Assembly: GCF_963506605.1 (NCBI RefSeq)
Contig: NC_083279.1
Span: 82,460,001 to 82,524,000 of the forward strand
DNA from: Zootoca vivipara
Taxonomy: Eukaryota
Direction: 5' to 3'
Length of the DNA: 64,000 nt
The stretch's first letter is position 1. Each line of letters begins with the position of its first letter. The translations under genes and the position numbers were made by a program. The notes below the pieces were generated by a model. It had not been told where the DNA came from. It was given only the letters and a program-made list of their open reading frames with translations, and searched no databases. Shown here piece after piece: positions 1 through 10,419 of the stretch.

Positions 1-984
1 TGAACACTTAAATTCCAAGTCCTCTTAGCATTATTCAGATCACTCTGTAAATAATAAAGGATAGGGAAGAGTCAGCTCTCTGTTTCCATCGTCAACCTTT
101 GCTTCCCTCCCTTTTTCCTTTTTTTCCATTTAATGTTATATTTCGTATCTATAATCCAATTTCTTCCAACCTTGCTTGTACAAATATAATTTGAACTAAC
201 ACTCAGAGGAGGGTTGCCGAATCATAAATGTAGAGAAGAAAACTTTAAATAAAGAAGCCATAGGCTCCCCTCCCTCCACCATCTTTCGCACCAGATGAAG
301 TCTTCTCTCAAGTTTAAACCTTAAAGTCCTTGTAGTTGGTTTTGTTCTGCAGTTTGTGATCTCATCTCTTCTAGCGTGTGCCTGTACTTTAGTCCAATTA
401 AGCTCTAATTTACAGGAGAACCTCTGCTTCTTGATGGAGGTGTTGGAGGGTTTTCAACAGGCAAAGTGCTTTTGCACTCAGCGCCTCCCTGTTATGCCAG
501 AGCGAGAGCCAGGTTCTGAGATGAACTGCGAGTGAAGCCTATTCCCCCCTGTCCTTGGGGGGCGGGGATTTGCAAGGATAATTACCCTCAAACATCCTTG
601 TTTTTCCTTCGCCAACAGTCTCCCATTGCCATGGGGTCTGCTTCCACTAAGACAGAACGGAACTGGAAGCCGCACATTTTAGTTACTTAGCTTATATAAG
701 CCAATTCCTGCCACCCTGCCTTGCCTTTCTGTTTGAGGAATTGATCTAGCCCCAATGTCCGGCAACTCTGAGTTGTTTATTGAAATCAGAAGTGTAGTCA
801 GAAAAGCCATTAATTGATTTTACTCATCAAACAGAAGTGATCACACTTCCCTTCAGGGGGAAACACAAGATTTGGGAAGATTTTGAGCAGAGGAGAGAGA
901 ACCACAATTTCTGGGGAATAAATTCTCAAGGCTGTTATTCTTCCATTCAGTTTTTGCAGCTCGATCTGGTGCAGTCCACCTTCC

Positions 985-3900
985 ATGGATCTCTCTATCA
1001 GTGCTGTGGTCTTCCTGTTCCTCACCTACCACCTCTGTGAGGCAGGTGGTCGAAGCTATAATTCAATCCTCATGGTGCCCAATGGCGGGAAGTGGGGAGA
1101 ATGGGGAAAAATTCAAATCTGTCCCTCAGGATATGCATTCGGATTCGCATTGAAGGTAAAGGCTTCTCTATATCTTCTTTTTGATACCCTGACCCCAAGG
1201 AGTAGTATAATAGTATAGTATAGTATAATATAATTAATATAATATAATATAATATAATATATATATTTCAAGTTGCTTCCCATCTTTCTTTCAGGGGCTG
1301 CTCTTGATGATAGGGGGAGGTACTCTGTACTCTCTCCCCCTTACAATATATATTTCAAGTTGATTGCCATCTTTCTTTCTGAACCTATTGCCTGTATATT
1401 GCTGCCTGCAAGGTTCTTTGAAGTGTTGACTGCCATGCTTAAAGATTTAATAGCTCTAAAAAGTCTCCATGCCACTTTGTCTATCCACAATGGAGAGGCT
1501 TAGAGCAAATTGGATTTTACATAAAAGAAAACTACCATGAATCTGGATGGTCTAGAGCAGGCATCCCCAAACTTCGGCCCTCCAGATGTTTTGGACTACA
1601 ATTCCCATCATCCCTGACCACTGGTCCTGTTAGCTAGGGATCATGGGAGTTGTAGGCCAAAACATCTGGAGGGCCGCAGTTTGGGGATGCCTGGTCTAGA
1701 GGAAAAAAGGGACAAGGATACAGACAAGTTTGGAGTGCAATGAGCTGGCAATATTGTGGTCAGGTTTATCTCCCTGAAAGGTGAGCGCCCAATTGGCAAA
1801 TGCAGACTAAACTGTTAGTGTGAAAGCAATCTTGGTCAGTTCTGGTGCTTTCTAGGAGGGTTGCCATACATCCAGATTTTCCCTGAAATGTCCAGGATTT
1901 CAACAACTTTCCCCAAAAAAGCTCAACAAGTTTTTGTGTCCGGGTTTCACTTCTTGAAATAATATGGCAACCCTAACTTCACAAACTGGAGGAAACCTGC
2001 TGTGGAATATGAAGACATAAGAGAGGGATGGAGGGTGCCTCAGCCAGTCATTATCAAGATCAATTTTTTCTTATTAAATTTGCTTACTTGGGGCCATTGG
2101 ACTGGTTGCACCAAAAAGCTACTGTCTTTTGGTGCAGCTGGGAATGTAAACCTTAATCCATAACCAGTTAATACTTGTACACAAGTAGGGGCCTGTAAGC
2201 TACGGTATTACTTTGGAAAATTTAGACTGCAGACGCAGTCTGAATGGGAGTGTTGTCAGAGTCCAAGTTCGGTTAACTACAATAACAACCCCCCTTTTGT
2301 ATCATACATAATATCTTTTTTCTGTTTTGTTTTCTACATGGGTACGATTTCTTGTTTCTTCAGTTTTGTGTCTGGTCTTACTCTGTACACTTGTAATTTT
2401 TTTATTTTTCAATAAAGGATATAAAACAGAATCATAGCTTGCAAAAACAGCTTTATTGCAGTCTCTTTCTCTCTTTTCCACCAGGTACAGGGAAAACAAG
2501 GTATGTCTACTGATGATACTTCCCTCAATGGCATCCGTCTCCATTGCAGTAGGGGTGACGTTGTACAATCTACCGTCGGACCGTGAGCATCTTCTTGGCT
2601 TTTCTCTGTTTTGTTTGGAAAGTGATGGTGTGAGGGGCTGGCTGAAATCTATTATGCTTCAGCACCAGGGCAGGATAATATCAGGTCAGGGTCTATCAGC
2701 CTCATTCTCAGCTCTCGGAGCCTAAGGATACCAACTCTAGGTTGCCTTCCGAATTTTAGAGGGACCCAAGCCCCACATAACAAAGAGGAAAGAGACTGCA
2801 ACAACAGAGTACAAAGGTCAGGAAAAGCAGAGTTTCTTCCTGAGGACCAGACATCCCAAGGAAAGAGAGAGCAAGAGGAAACCGCCATCTATCCTGAGAG
2901 TGGGGAACCTCAAGTCCAGGGGTCAAATGTGGTCCCCTAGGCTTCTCTGTCTGGTCCTCATGAATATCTGTGACTGTTACAGATATCCCAGCTCCTTTGA
3001 TGACCACACAATTGTTTTGGTACCAGAGATGCTCTGTAACATATTCAAGCAAGACCCCAGCCCCCAGTCTCCAATGCAACACAGAAGACAATTGCTAGGG
3101 CTGGTTAGATGTCCTCATGCCACCCCATTTTGTCTATCTTGGATAGACGATAAATCTACTTGTCAGAGCATTTCGGCTTTGAAACCCCAACCACCTCAGT
3201 GGTGGACTGGTGGTAGAAAGCAAAAAAGATATCACATACTGTTGTATAATATTAATATTAATAGTACAGATAACTACAATATATATATAAGAGAACTACA
3301 ATACAGTGGTACCCCACAAGACGAATGCCTCATGCAACGAAAAACTCACAAGATGAAAGCGTTTTGCATTGCGCGAGGCGTCTCGCAAGACGAAGTTTCC
3401 TATGACCGCGCTTCACAAGATGCAGGGCCGTCTTGAGCAGATCGCGCGCCCTGGTGCTGAGGGGCTGAGATCGCTTCGCCGCCCGCCCCGCCCTCGCAGG
3501 GCGCAATTGGTTTCTGTGCGGCTTTGCCAGCCCCGTGCCATGCTGCACTGCGCCACCGGGGGTCTACGAAGAGCCGGCCCTGACAAGATGAATAGGAACG
3601 CATTAACTAAATGGGTAGACGGGGTAAACCAAGAAAATTTTAAACCATGCTTTGCAAGATGAATTTTTTGCTATACAAAGCAACTCACAGAACAAATTAT
3701 TTTTATCTTGCAAGGTACCACTGTATCTTGTAATCAATTTTAGGCACTTACCAGCATCTGTTTTCATGAAAATTGGGGAATAACCTATACGTTTCAATGA
3801 CAGATTTTTTTAAAAAAAAATGTTTAAAAGTAGGAACTTTTCACATAGAGATTTACCAAGCAAGACCTCAATATTTACAAGGAACCAAATTAGATTTCAA

Positions 3901-4627
3901 ATTACCTCATCATACCACAACTTTTTAACACCCCTCAAATCAGGATTTTTAAAGATGGAAAATTCAACACGCCCTAATATTAGGGTTTAAAACCCCTTTA
4001 AAGATTCTTTAGCTCCATCCCTAGATTGTTCCAGGGGCAGATTGGGAGGGTGTGGTGTGGGTGACCCCTGGGTGGCACAGGGCAAATCCACCTAATCCAG
4101 GGCTCACAACACACAGCCCTTCTTATAAGCTGAGGTTTGGGAGACATACTATACCTGATGAGGTCTACAAAAGACACCTTTAAAAAAATCTAAGGAGGCA
4201 ACTGCCCTCTTGACTTTCGTGTGGAAAGCAATTCATTCCAATTTAGGTCATATTTCCAGAGGAGGCAGACATTACCACATTGTCTCTTTTCTTTTCTTTT
4301 CTTTTCTTTTCTTTTCTTTTCTTTTCTTCTTGCAGGTTGGGAGAGTGGACAAAGATTAAGGAATGCCCCAAGGACTACCTGGTTTCCTTCGCTCTCAGAG
4401 TGGAAGACGATCAAGGGATGTCTGATGATACGGCAGCCAACAACATCCAGTTCAACTGTGGAGATGGGACTGGACTGGAGGGCGAGGGACTGGACTTCGG
4501 TACTTACGGCCCGTCGAGCAAGCGCTGCAAAACTGGTTCCATCTGCGGGATCCAAACAAAGGTGGAGATAGGTTCAAGTAATGATGAAACAGCACTTAAT
4601 GATGTCAGGTTCTTCTGCTGTGACTGA
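985..4627 (+). CDS. VMO1: VMO1-like copy 1; exons 985-1155, 2485-2582, 4336-4627; 186 aa secreted protein
   Basis: GT-AG splice sites join 171+98+292 nt in frame. Signal peptide [91 protein letters not shown]; 8 mature Cys, as in the VMO1 family. The ORF track misses exon 2. Confidence 0.93.
1204..1266. repeat. (TATAG)/(TATAA)n microsatellite in intron 1 of copy 1
   Basis: Visible tandem repeat. Confidence 0.85.
1293..1345 (-). mobile_element. 53-bp terminal remnant of the solo LTR found at 50916-51354
   Basis: Matches 51302-51354 (AGGGGCTGCTCTTGATGATAGGGGGAGG...CCCCTTACA). Confidence 0.8.
1558..1693. mobile_element. hAT-type MITE (136 bp, palindromic)
   Basis: TIR CAGGCATCCCCAAACT; 8-bp TSD GTCTAGAG (1550-1557, 1694-1701); empty site in copy 2. 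Confidence 0.92.
3304..3723. mobile_element. Tc1/mariner (Tigger-like) MITE
   Basis: TIR CAGTGGTACC...GGTACCACTG flanked by TA. Confidence 0.8.
3423..3582. mobile_element. hAT-type MITE nested in the Tigger-like MITE
   Basis: TIR CAGGGCCG...CGGCCCTG; 8-bp TSD ACAAGATG. Confidence 0.85.
4286..4328. repeat. (CTTTT)n microsatellite in the polypyrimidine tract before exon 3 of copy 1
   Basis: Visible repeat; much shorter in copy 2. Confidence 0.85.
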
Positions 4628-4701
4628 ATCACCTGGGCTTCATCCTGCTACAACACAGCTGCCTGTTTTCTAATGGTTTGTTGGCATGAAACTTAACCAA
4701 C

Positions 4702-4707
4702 AATAAA
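4702..4707 (+). terminator. Polyadenylation signal of VMO1 copy 1 (paralogous AATAAA at 21441-21446, 37393-37398, 56608-56613)
   Basis: AATAAA 75 nt after the stop codon in all four copies, followed by a GT-rich element. Confidence 0.75.
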
Positions 4708-6015
4708 TGTTAACGAAAGAGTTGCGTGTACCTTTTGAAGCTTTGTCCCTTCCTGATCTCGATTCCTTAGGCCTGCATGAATTGGTTTTGGATAGGAGGC
4801 CAATGCGAAGTTAAAGAGGGTACCATCCTAGAGCCGTAGTGTGATATCTTTAGCCCATTGATCTAGCCAGGCCCACCAGCCTCTCAATTTGTCCCATGAG
4901 GTTTCTTTGGACAAATCACACCCACTTGCCAATCACCAGCCATCTCAGGCACAGAGATCTCTCATGACTGATCTAAGAACCATGCGGTGAGATTTGAGGA
5001 TTTGAAGGAATCTTTGCACCAAGCATAGCAGCCAACTCCTTTGCCTCCCCCATAAACTATTTGAGGGGGTCATGCCTCCACCCCCCCCAAGTTGATGGGC
5101 ATTGCCATTTGAATGGTGTGCATTACATGATCAATTATGTGGGGCAGAGCTTACCTGCCTCACCCAAAATTGTATTCAAGTCGGCACCCCTGGCACCAAG
5201 CGCCACCAAGAGCCCAAAGTGCAAGCAGAGTCTTATCCCGAATTTTAGCACTCTGCCCAACAGTGCTAAGCTCAGAGATACCTGTAAGCCTCGGGCTGCT
5301 ATTTGAGAGTAGAAGGCAACATTTCCACATATTCCTACTCCAGACAAATTTATTGAAAGATATAATGAAGTTCATTTATGAATCACCGGAATACCAAATC
5401 TTGTAACAATATAGACTATGTATGTTATTTTCTCTTACAGAATTCCTTTTGAGTATTTCTCTCATACACAAGTACAGGAGAGACATCTTTCTATAATACT
5501 TTGGTTGATTGCCTATTCTGTTCTTTCACCAATGAAAAGGAAATGAAATAAAATTAAGAATAGGTGTGTCCCCTCTTATCAGCTGTGAGAGGAGCAGGAA
5601 GAGGAGATACAGGCAGCATGTATGTCAGAGTGTGTGTGAGCAAACAAACGAGGGGTGGCAAGGTGAAACATTCACCTCTTGTGGTCATGGCAGACAGAAG
5701 TGGGTTAGGAGGAGCTGCTTCTCATAGTGCTCAGCCCTAGGAAGATGCAGAGGTCACCTGGTTAAGAGGCGGGAAAGGCCTCAGAATGCAGCAAGCCGGA
5801 AGTTTGCACAACTGCTTACTAAAATGAAATGAAGAGGTGGGGGAAGAGATGTTGCCAAAAGAGAACCGGGGCCTAGGAGGCCCTCTAAGAAACATAGGAG
5901 TGCTCCCTAAAATGCACTAATGTTTGGTTGTAATTACTTTGTGCTGCTCTGGGCAAACACATTTAATCAATAAAATAGAAATCTCAGTAGAAGCAGCCCC
6001 CCATCATTAAAAAGC

Positions 6016-6963
6016 ATAGAATCATAGAGTTGGAAGAGACCACAAGGGCCATCCAGTCCAACCCCCTGCCAAGCAGGAAACACCATCAAAGCATTCTTGA
6101 CATATGGCTGTCAAGCCTCTGCTTAAAGACCTCCAAAGAAGGAGACTCCACCACACTCCTTGGTAGCAAATTCCACTGCTGAACAGCTTTTACTGTCAGG
6201 AAGTTCTTCCTAAAGTTTAGGTGGAATCTTCTTTCTTGAAGTTTGAATCCATTGCTCCGTGTCCGCTTCTCTGGAGCAGCAGAAAACAATCTTTCTCCCT
6301 CCTCCATATGACATCCTTTCATATATTTGAACATGGCTATCATATCACCCCTTAACCTTCTCTTCTCCAGGCTAAACATACCCAGTTCCCTAAGCCGTTC
6401 CTCATAAGGCATCATTTCCAGGCCTTTGACCATTTTGGATGCCCTCCTCTGGACACGTTCCAGCTTGTCAGTATCCTTCTTGAACTGCGGTGCCCAGAAC
6501 TCGGCACAGTACTCCAGGTGAGGTCTGACCAGAGCAGAATACAGTGGTACTATTACTTCCCTTGATCTAGATGCTATACTCCTATTGATGCAGCCCAGAA
6601 TTGCTTTGGCTTTTTTAGCTGCTGCATCACACTGTTGACTCATGTCAAGTCTGTGGTCTACCAAGACTCCTAGGTCCTTTTCACATGTACTGCTCTCAAG
6701 CCAGGTGTCACCCATCCTGTATTTGTGCCTTTCATTTTTTTTGCCCAAGTGTAGTACCTTACATTTCTCCTTGTTAAAATTCATCTTGTTTGCTTTGGCC
6801 CAGCTGTCTAATCTGTTAAGGTCATTTTGAAGTGTGAACCTGTCCTCTGGGGTATTAGCCACCCCTCCCAATTTGGTGTCGTCTGCAAACTTGCCCAGGA
6901 TGCCCTCAAGCCCATCATCCAAGTCATTGATAAAGATGTTGAATAAGACTGGGCCCAAGACAG
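6016..6963 (-). mobile_element. CR1 LINE, 5'-truncated
   Basis: ORF2 C-terminus ([26 protein letters not shown]..), (ATTCTATG)n tail; empty site at about 40950. Confidence 0.95.
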
Positions 6964-7084
6964 CAACTGTTTCAATAGTGAAGCATAAGACAATATGAAG
7001 TTGAATATACAACATCACTAAAAAGTATACAGCCACATCTAAAACGCTGAGGATTCAAAGGTTCACTTTTAAAACATCGGACAA

Positions 7085-7290
7085 TAATGACCACAAAGTT
7101 GGCACCAGGGGGGCCTTTCCAGGGAAGGCATTTCAGAACCAGGCTGACACCATCTATGAGACCCTCTATCCAGGAGCACTGGAAGAGAGCCTCTGATGGT
7201 GATTTTGGGGTCCAGGTAAGTACACCTGGGAGGAGGTGATCCTTGAGGTAAGCTGCTCCCAGGCCATTTAAGGAGTAGACAATAAATCAC
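7085..7290 (-). mobile_element. Old L2-type LINE 3' fragment (paralogs at about 29285-29530 and 41090-41315)
   Basis: Degraded WLP..FKALLLTxK.LNGLG-like translation. Confidence 0.5.
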
Positions 7291-8218
7291 TAGTGCAATA
7301 TAGTGAAATGGTCCACAAGCCCTTTAAGAGTCTTGATACCCTATGTGGAACTTTCTGTGGTCTTTTCAAAGTTACCCCACCTATAACTCACTGCAGTTAG
7401 TCTAACAGGAAGATCATGGATAATGGACACAAGACTACCTCCAGCCCGGTAAGGTTATAGTGTATCAGATTAAGCTGATAAAAATTCATTTGCCTGGATG
7501 ATTCATTTAAGCAAACAATGGGTGAAATGGACAGTTCAGCAATTTGTTTCAGTGCTTACCTTCAAGCAGCAGTTAGTTTCAGCAGTTAGCTTTGGTAGTT
7601 GGATTTTCCAGTTTTGCGTGTTCAGACCCAGAGACCTCGCAGCTAAATAAATTGACACTTGACTCAAATTTCAGTTCGGTTTTTGGCAGAATTTAAGCCA
7701 TGACTTTATTGATTACAGAAAGAGAGTGGTTGCATAGGCTCTGGTTCGACTAGCTCACTGCACTCTTGCAGGCAGTGCTGACCCAGGTCCCCAGCATTGG
7801 TCAACAAAGGTGAACACCCGGATAGGCAAAAAGCCAGGAACAGACTATGTTCACCACCCAGATGTCCCCCTGGACTCAGGCACGGGCACAACCCACTCTC
7901 AGGGGTTGACCAAACCATTTGAGTCCCTGGATTCCTTTAACGGAATACCTTTCACATGGGGATGGCGAGAGCGTTCTCCCATCCCTATCACCTGAACCAG
8001 TGCCTATCCACCACACAAGCACCCGCGCTTGCCGCCAACCACTCACACCTGTAACTAATCCATTAACCCCACTGACACAGAGGTCAGCCACAAATCATTC
8101 CCAATCACACTCACACATTTATTAGCAAAAATATGTAGAAGATAAAGAAATAATAGAGTGTATTCTTTTTAGAAACAGCAGTGTGAAATTCATCTAGTCC
8201 CACCCCATGCAATGCATG

Positions 8219-8266
8219 ATGTAGGGCTCAAACCCATGACCTTGGGATTAAAAGTCTCATGCTCTC
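8219..8266 (-). pseudogene. Degraded tRNA-Lys-like sequence or SINE head (paralog at 30466-30512)
   Basis: Reverse complement AGAGCATGAGACTTTTAATCCCAAGGTCATGGGTTTGAGCCCTACAT resembles the anticodon and T arms of tRNA-Lys; 5' end and acceptor stem lost. Confidence 0.6.
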
Positions 8267-9039
8267 CTCTACGCCAGGCATGTACAACATGTCAATCATG
8301 AGCCCCCAGTTGACCGCGGGGTTGTTTCTGGTCAATCACAGGGCCTTTCTCTGCAACCTCAGATGCAGCAGCTCAGGTGCAGGAGGCGGGCTTAGTGTAG
8401 TTTTCCTTCATGGGAAAGGGGGTGGCTGCCGGAGACAGATGGAGGCACGAGGAGGAGCCGCGTGGGAAGCCTCCCTTTGACGGGGGAGGGGGGGAGAGTG
8501 ATCGCATGCTGGTTTGGGGGTGGGGGTAGGAGAAGCTTTGCATGGGACAGCTCCGCAGCCCAATGGGTTTGAGGGGGGGAGAGAGAGAGAGCGCTGCTGG
8601 GGGGGGGAGAAAGGGCTGCTTTGGGGCGAGAGAAAGACAGATAGGTGCCAGCCCACCCTGCATCCATCCCTGCCCCCATGGGGGAAGCAGCCAATACCCG
8701 CCTGCCCACTGTGCACCCAACTCTTGGTGATAGAGCACTGCCTGTTTTTGATAATGGATCATAGAGCAGCAAGTTGCCAAATCCTGTTCTAACGCAAAGT
8801 GCACAGTACTGGTCTTTGGCACTGACATGATGTCCTCACCCTTCCGATAGCCCTCCCCCCTCCCACAGGTAAATGGGTTCTGGTTGTGGAGGCACTTCCT
8901 AAAAGGCTGCTGGTAATGGGGGGTGAAGAAGGGACAGGACAAAGAAGATTTCATAGCCTTCCCAATGCTCTGCTTTGTGATGGCTCAGAGAAGGTGTTGC
9001 TCAGGACAGAGAGTTCATACACTTCATTGTCCTGCCCCC

Positions 9040-9122
9040 TTTAAATCCCCTGCTCACATTCATATTTCATCACTCGGCTTAAGGAAGCTCTCATTCTGCC
9101 TGGCAGCTGAGAGACAGTAAGT
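9040..9122 (+). promoter_or_regulatory. Diverged orphan paralog of the putative promoter/leader exon
   Basis: CCTTTAAATCCCCTGCTCAC...GGCAGCTGAGAGACA|GTAAGT, within a block (about 8770-9345) homologous to 48880-49470. Confidence 0.4.
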
Positions 9123-9964
9123 AGAACTACATTGCTCTGCTCTAAGAAGTTTGGTAAGGGAAGACAAGGGTTGCAACATGGCCAGAATTTCAGAGGCCTG
9201 ATCAGTAGTCAGTAACCAGTGGGGATCCAGTCAAGCATTTGTGTTAGTGGTATTAGGCCCTTGTTTTTGTGAAAAGTGTACCCCGCTTTTCACAAAAGAT
9301 TTCAGGGTATTTAACGATGCATTCATTTTGAAGTGTTGCAAATGTATGGCAGCATTCCCCAACCTTATGATCTCTAGATATTCGGGACTACAATTCCCAT
9401 CAGCTGGAACCACCACCATGTTGGCTGGCTGGGGATGGATGGGATTTGCAGCCAGAGCACATGGAATTCACCAGGGTGGGAAAGGTTGGCCTAAGGGATA
9501 CTGCAAGGCTATGAAATATATCTACTCCCCTGTGTTGTCTTATCCCTCTCCCACCAACATTAGCCTTTAGTAAGCCCAGCAGAATACTGGTGCCTGCAGA
9601 AGCTCACTGGTATCTCCCACTGTGCCCTGCAAAGCCATGGGAAAGAGGACCAGTTCATCCCTTAGGAGCAGTTTCCAACTGTTTTTCAAACTGGTGCTCT
9701 GGTGTGGAATTAATAATGCTGTGAGTTTGCTATAATAAATTCCAAGATGCTGAAGGATGGGTTGGTGGGAAGGTAGTTGGCTCTGCTAAGAGCCTACGGC
9801 ATTAGGCAGAGACAGAAATAAGGAAAACTCACCCACCTTCAGTTAGGCACAAGTCTTTAGGTTTATGCACACATTACACTGGGGAGAGGTGTATCCTTTC
9901 TCTACACTTATACAAGTGCTTGTGTGAAAGAGTGTACACTGATTGATTTGTACACCTCACCTAC

Positions 9965-10107
9965 GGTATCTGAAGAAGTGTGCATGCACACAAAAGTTCA
10001 TACCAATGACAAACTTTGTTGGTCTCTAAGGTGCTACTGGAAGGAATTTTTCTATTTTACTTTGATTTTGTTTCAATGGCTGACCAACATGGCTACCTAC
10101 CTGTAAC
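9965..10107 (+). mobile_element. Penelope-like element terminal (pLTR) fragment with degenerate hammerhead motif
   Basis: Homologous to the terminus of the GIY-YIG element at 19024-19613; GGTAT-CTGAAGA-stem-AAAAGTTC-ATACC. Confidence 0.75.
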
Positions 10108-10419
10108 AGATACACAGAATTACACTTACAGGAATGCACTGAGGGGACACCCCTTGAGGTGAAAAATGAGAGCTGGTTGGAGCAAAAAGACAAATGTAGA
10201 GGAAGTACTTTCCTCCTTTTATTTATTTTTGCTTTCTACTTGCTAGTACACATCTGCCAAATAAATTGTGATGATGGCAAGCAGCAGAGTGGAGTCTCCT
10301 GTCAATTCTATTTAAATGTTATACATGTCTTCACTTTAAATTATTTTACTTTATTGAGCCGATTGGAAGTATGCTGATTGGAAGTATGCATCTGTTTCAA
10401 GTTAAATAACTGCTTTGCC

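Noticed and set aside
2302-2725. Recurrent ORFs around exon 2 on both strands ([16 protein letters not shown]..., [14 protein letters not shown]...)
   Set aside because: Antisense or off-frame shadows of VMO1 exon 2 and its introns; they recur only because the unit is duplicated.
6086-7036. 316-aa ORF with a hydrophobic, signal-like N-terminus fused to CR1 RT
   Set aside because: Chance read-through from flanking DNA into a truncated CR1; the paralog in unit 2 is disrupted.
8219-8266. Functional tRNA-Lys gene
   Set aside because: D arm and acceptor stem are missing; treated as a pseudogene or SINE head.
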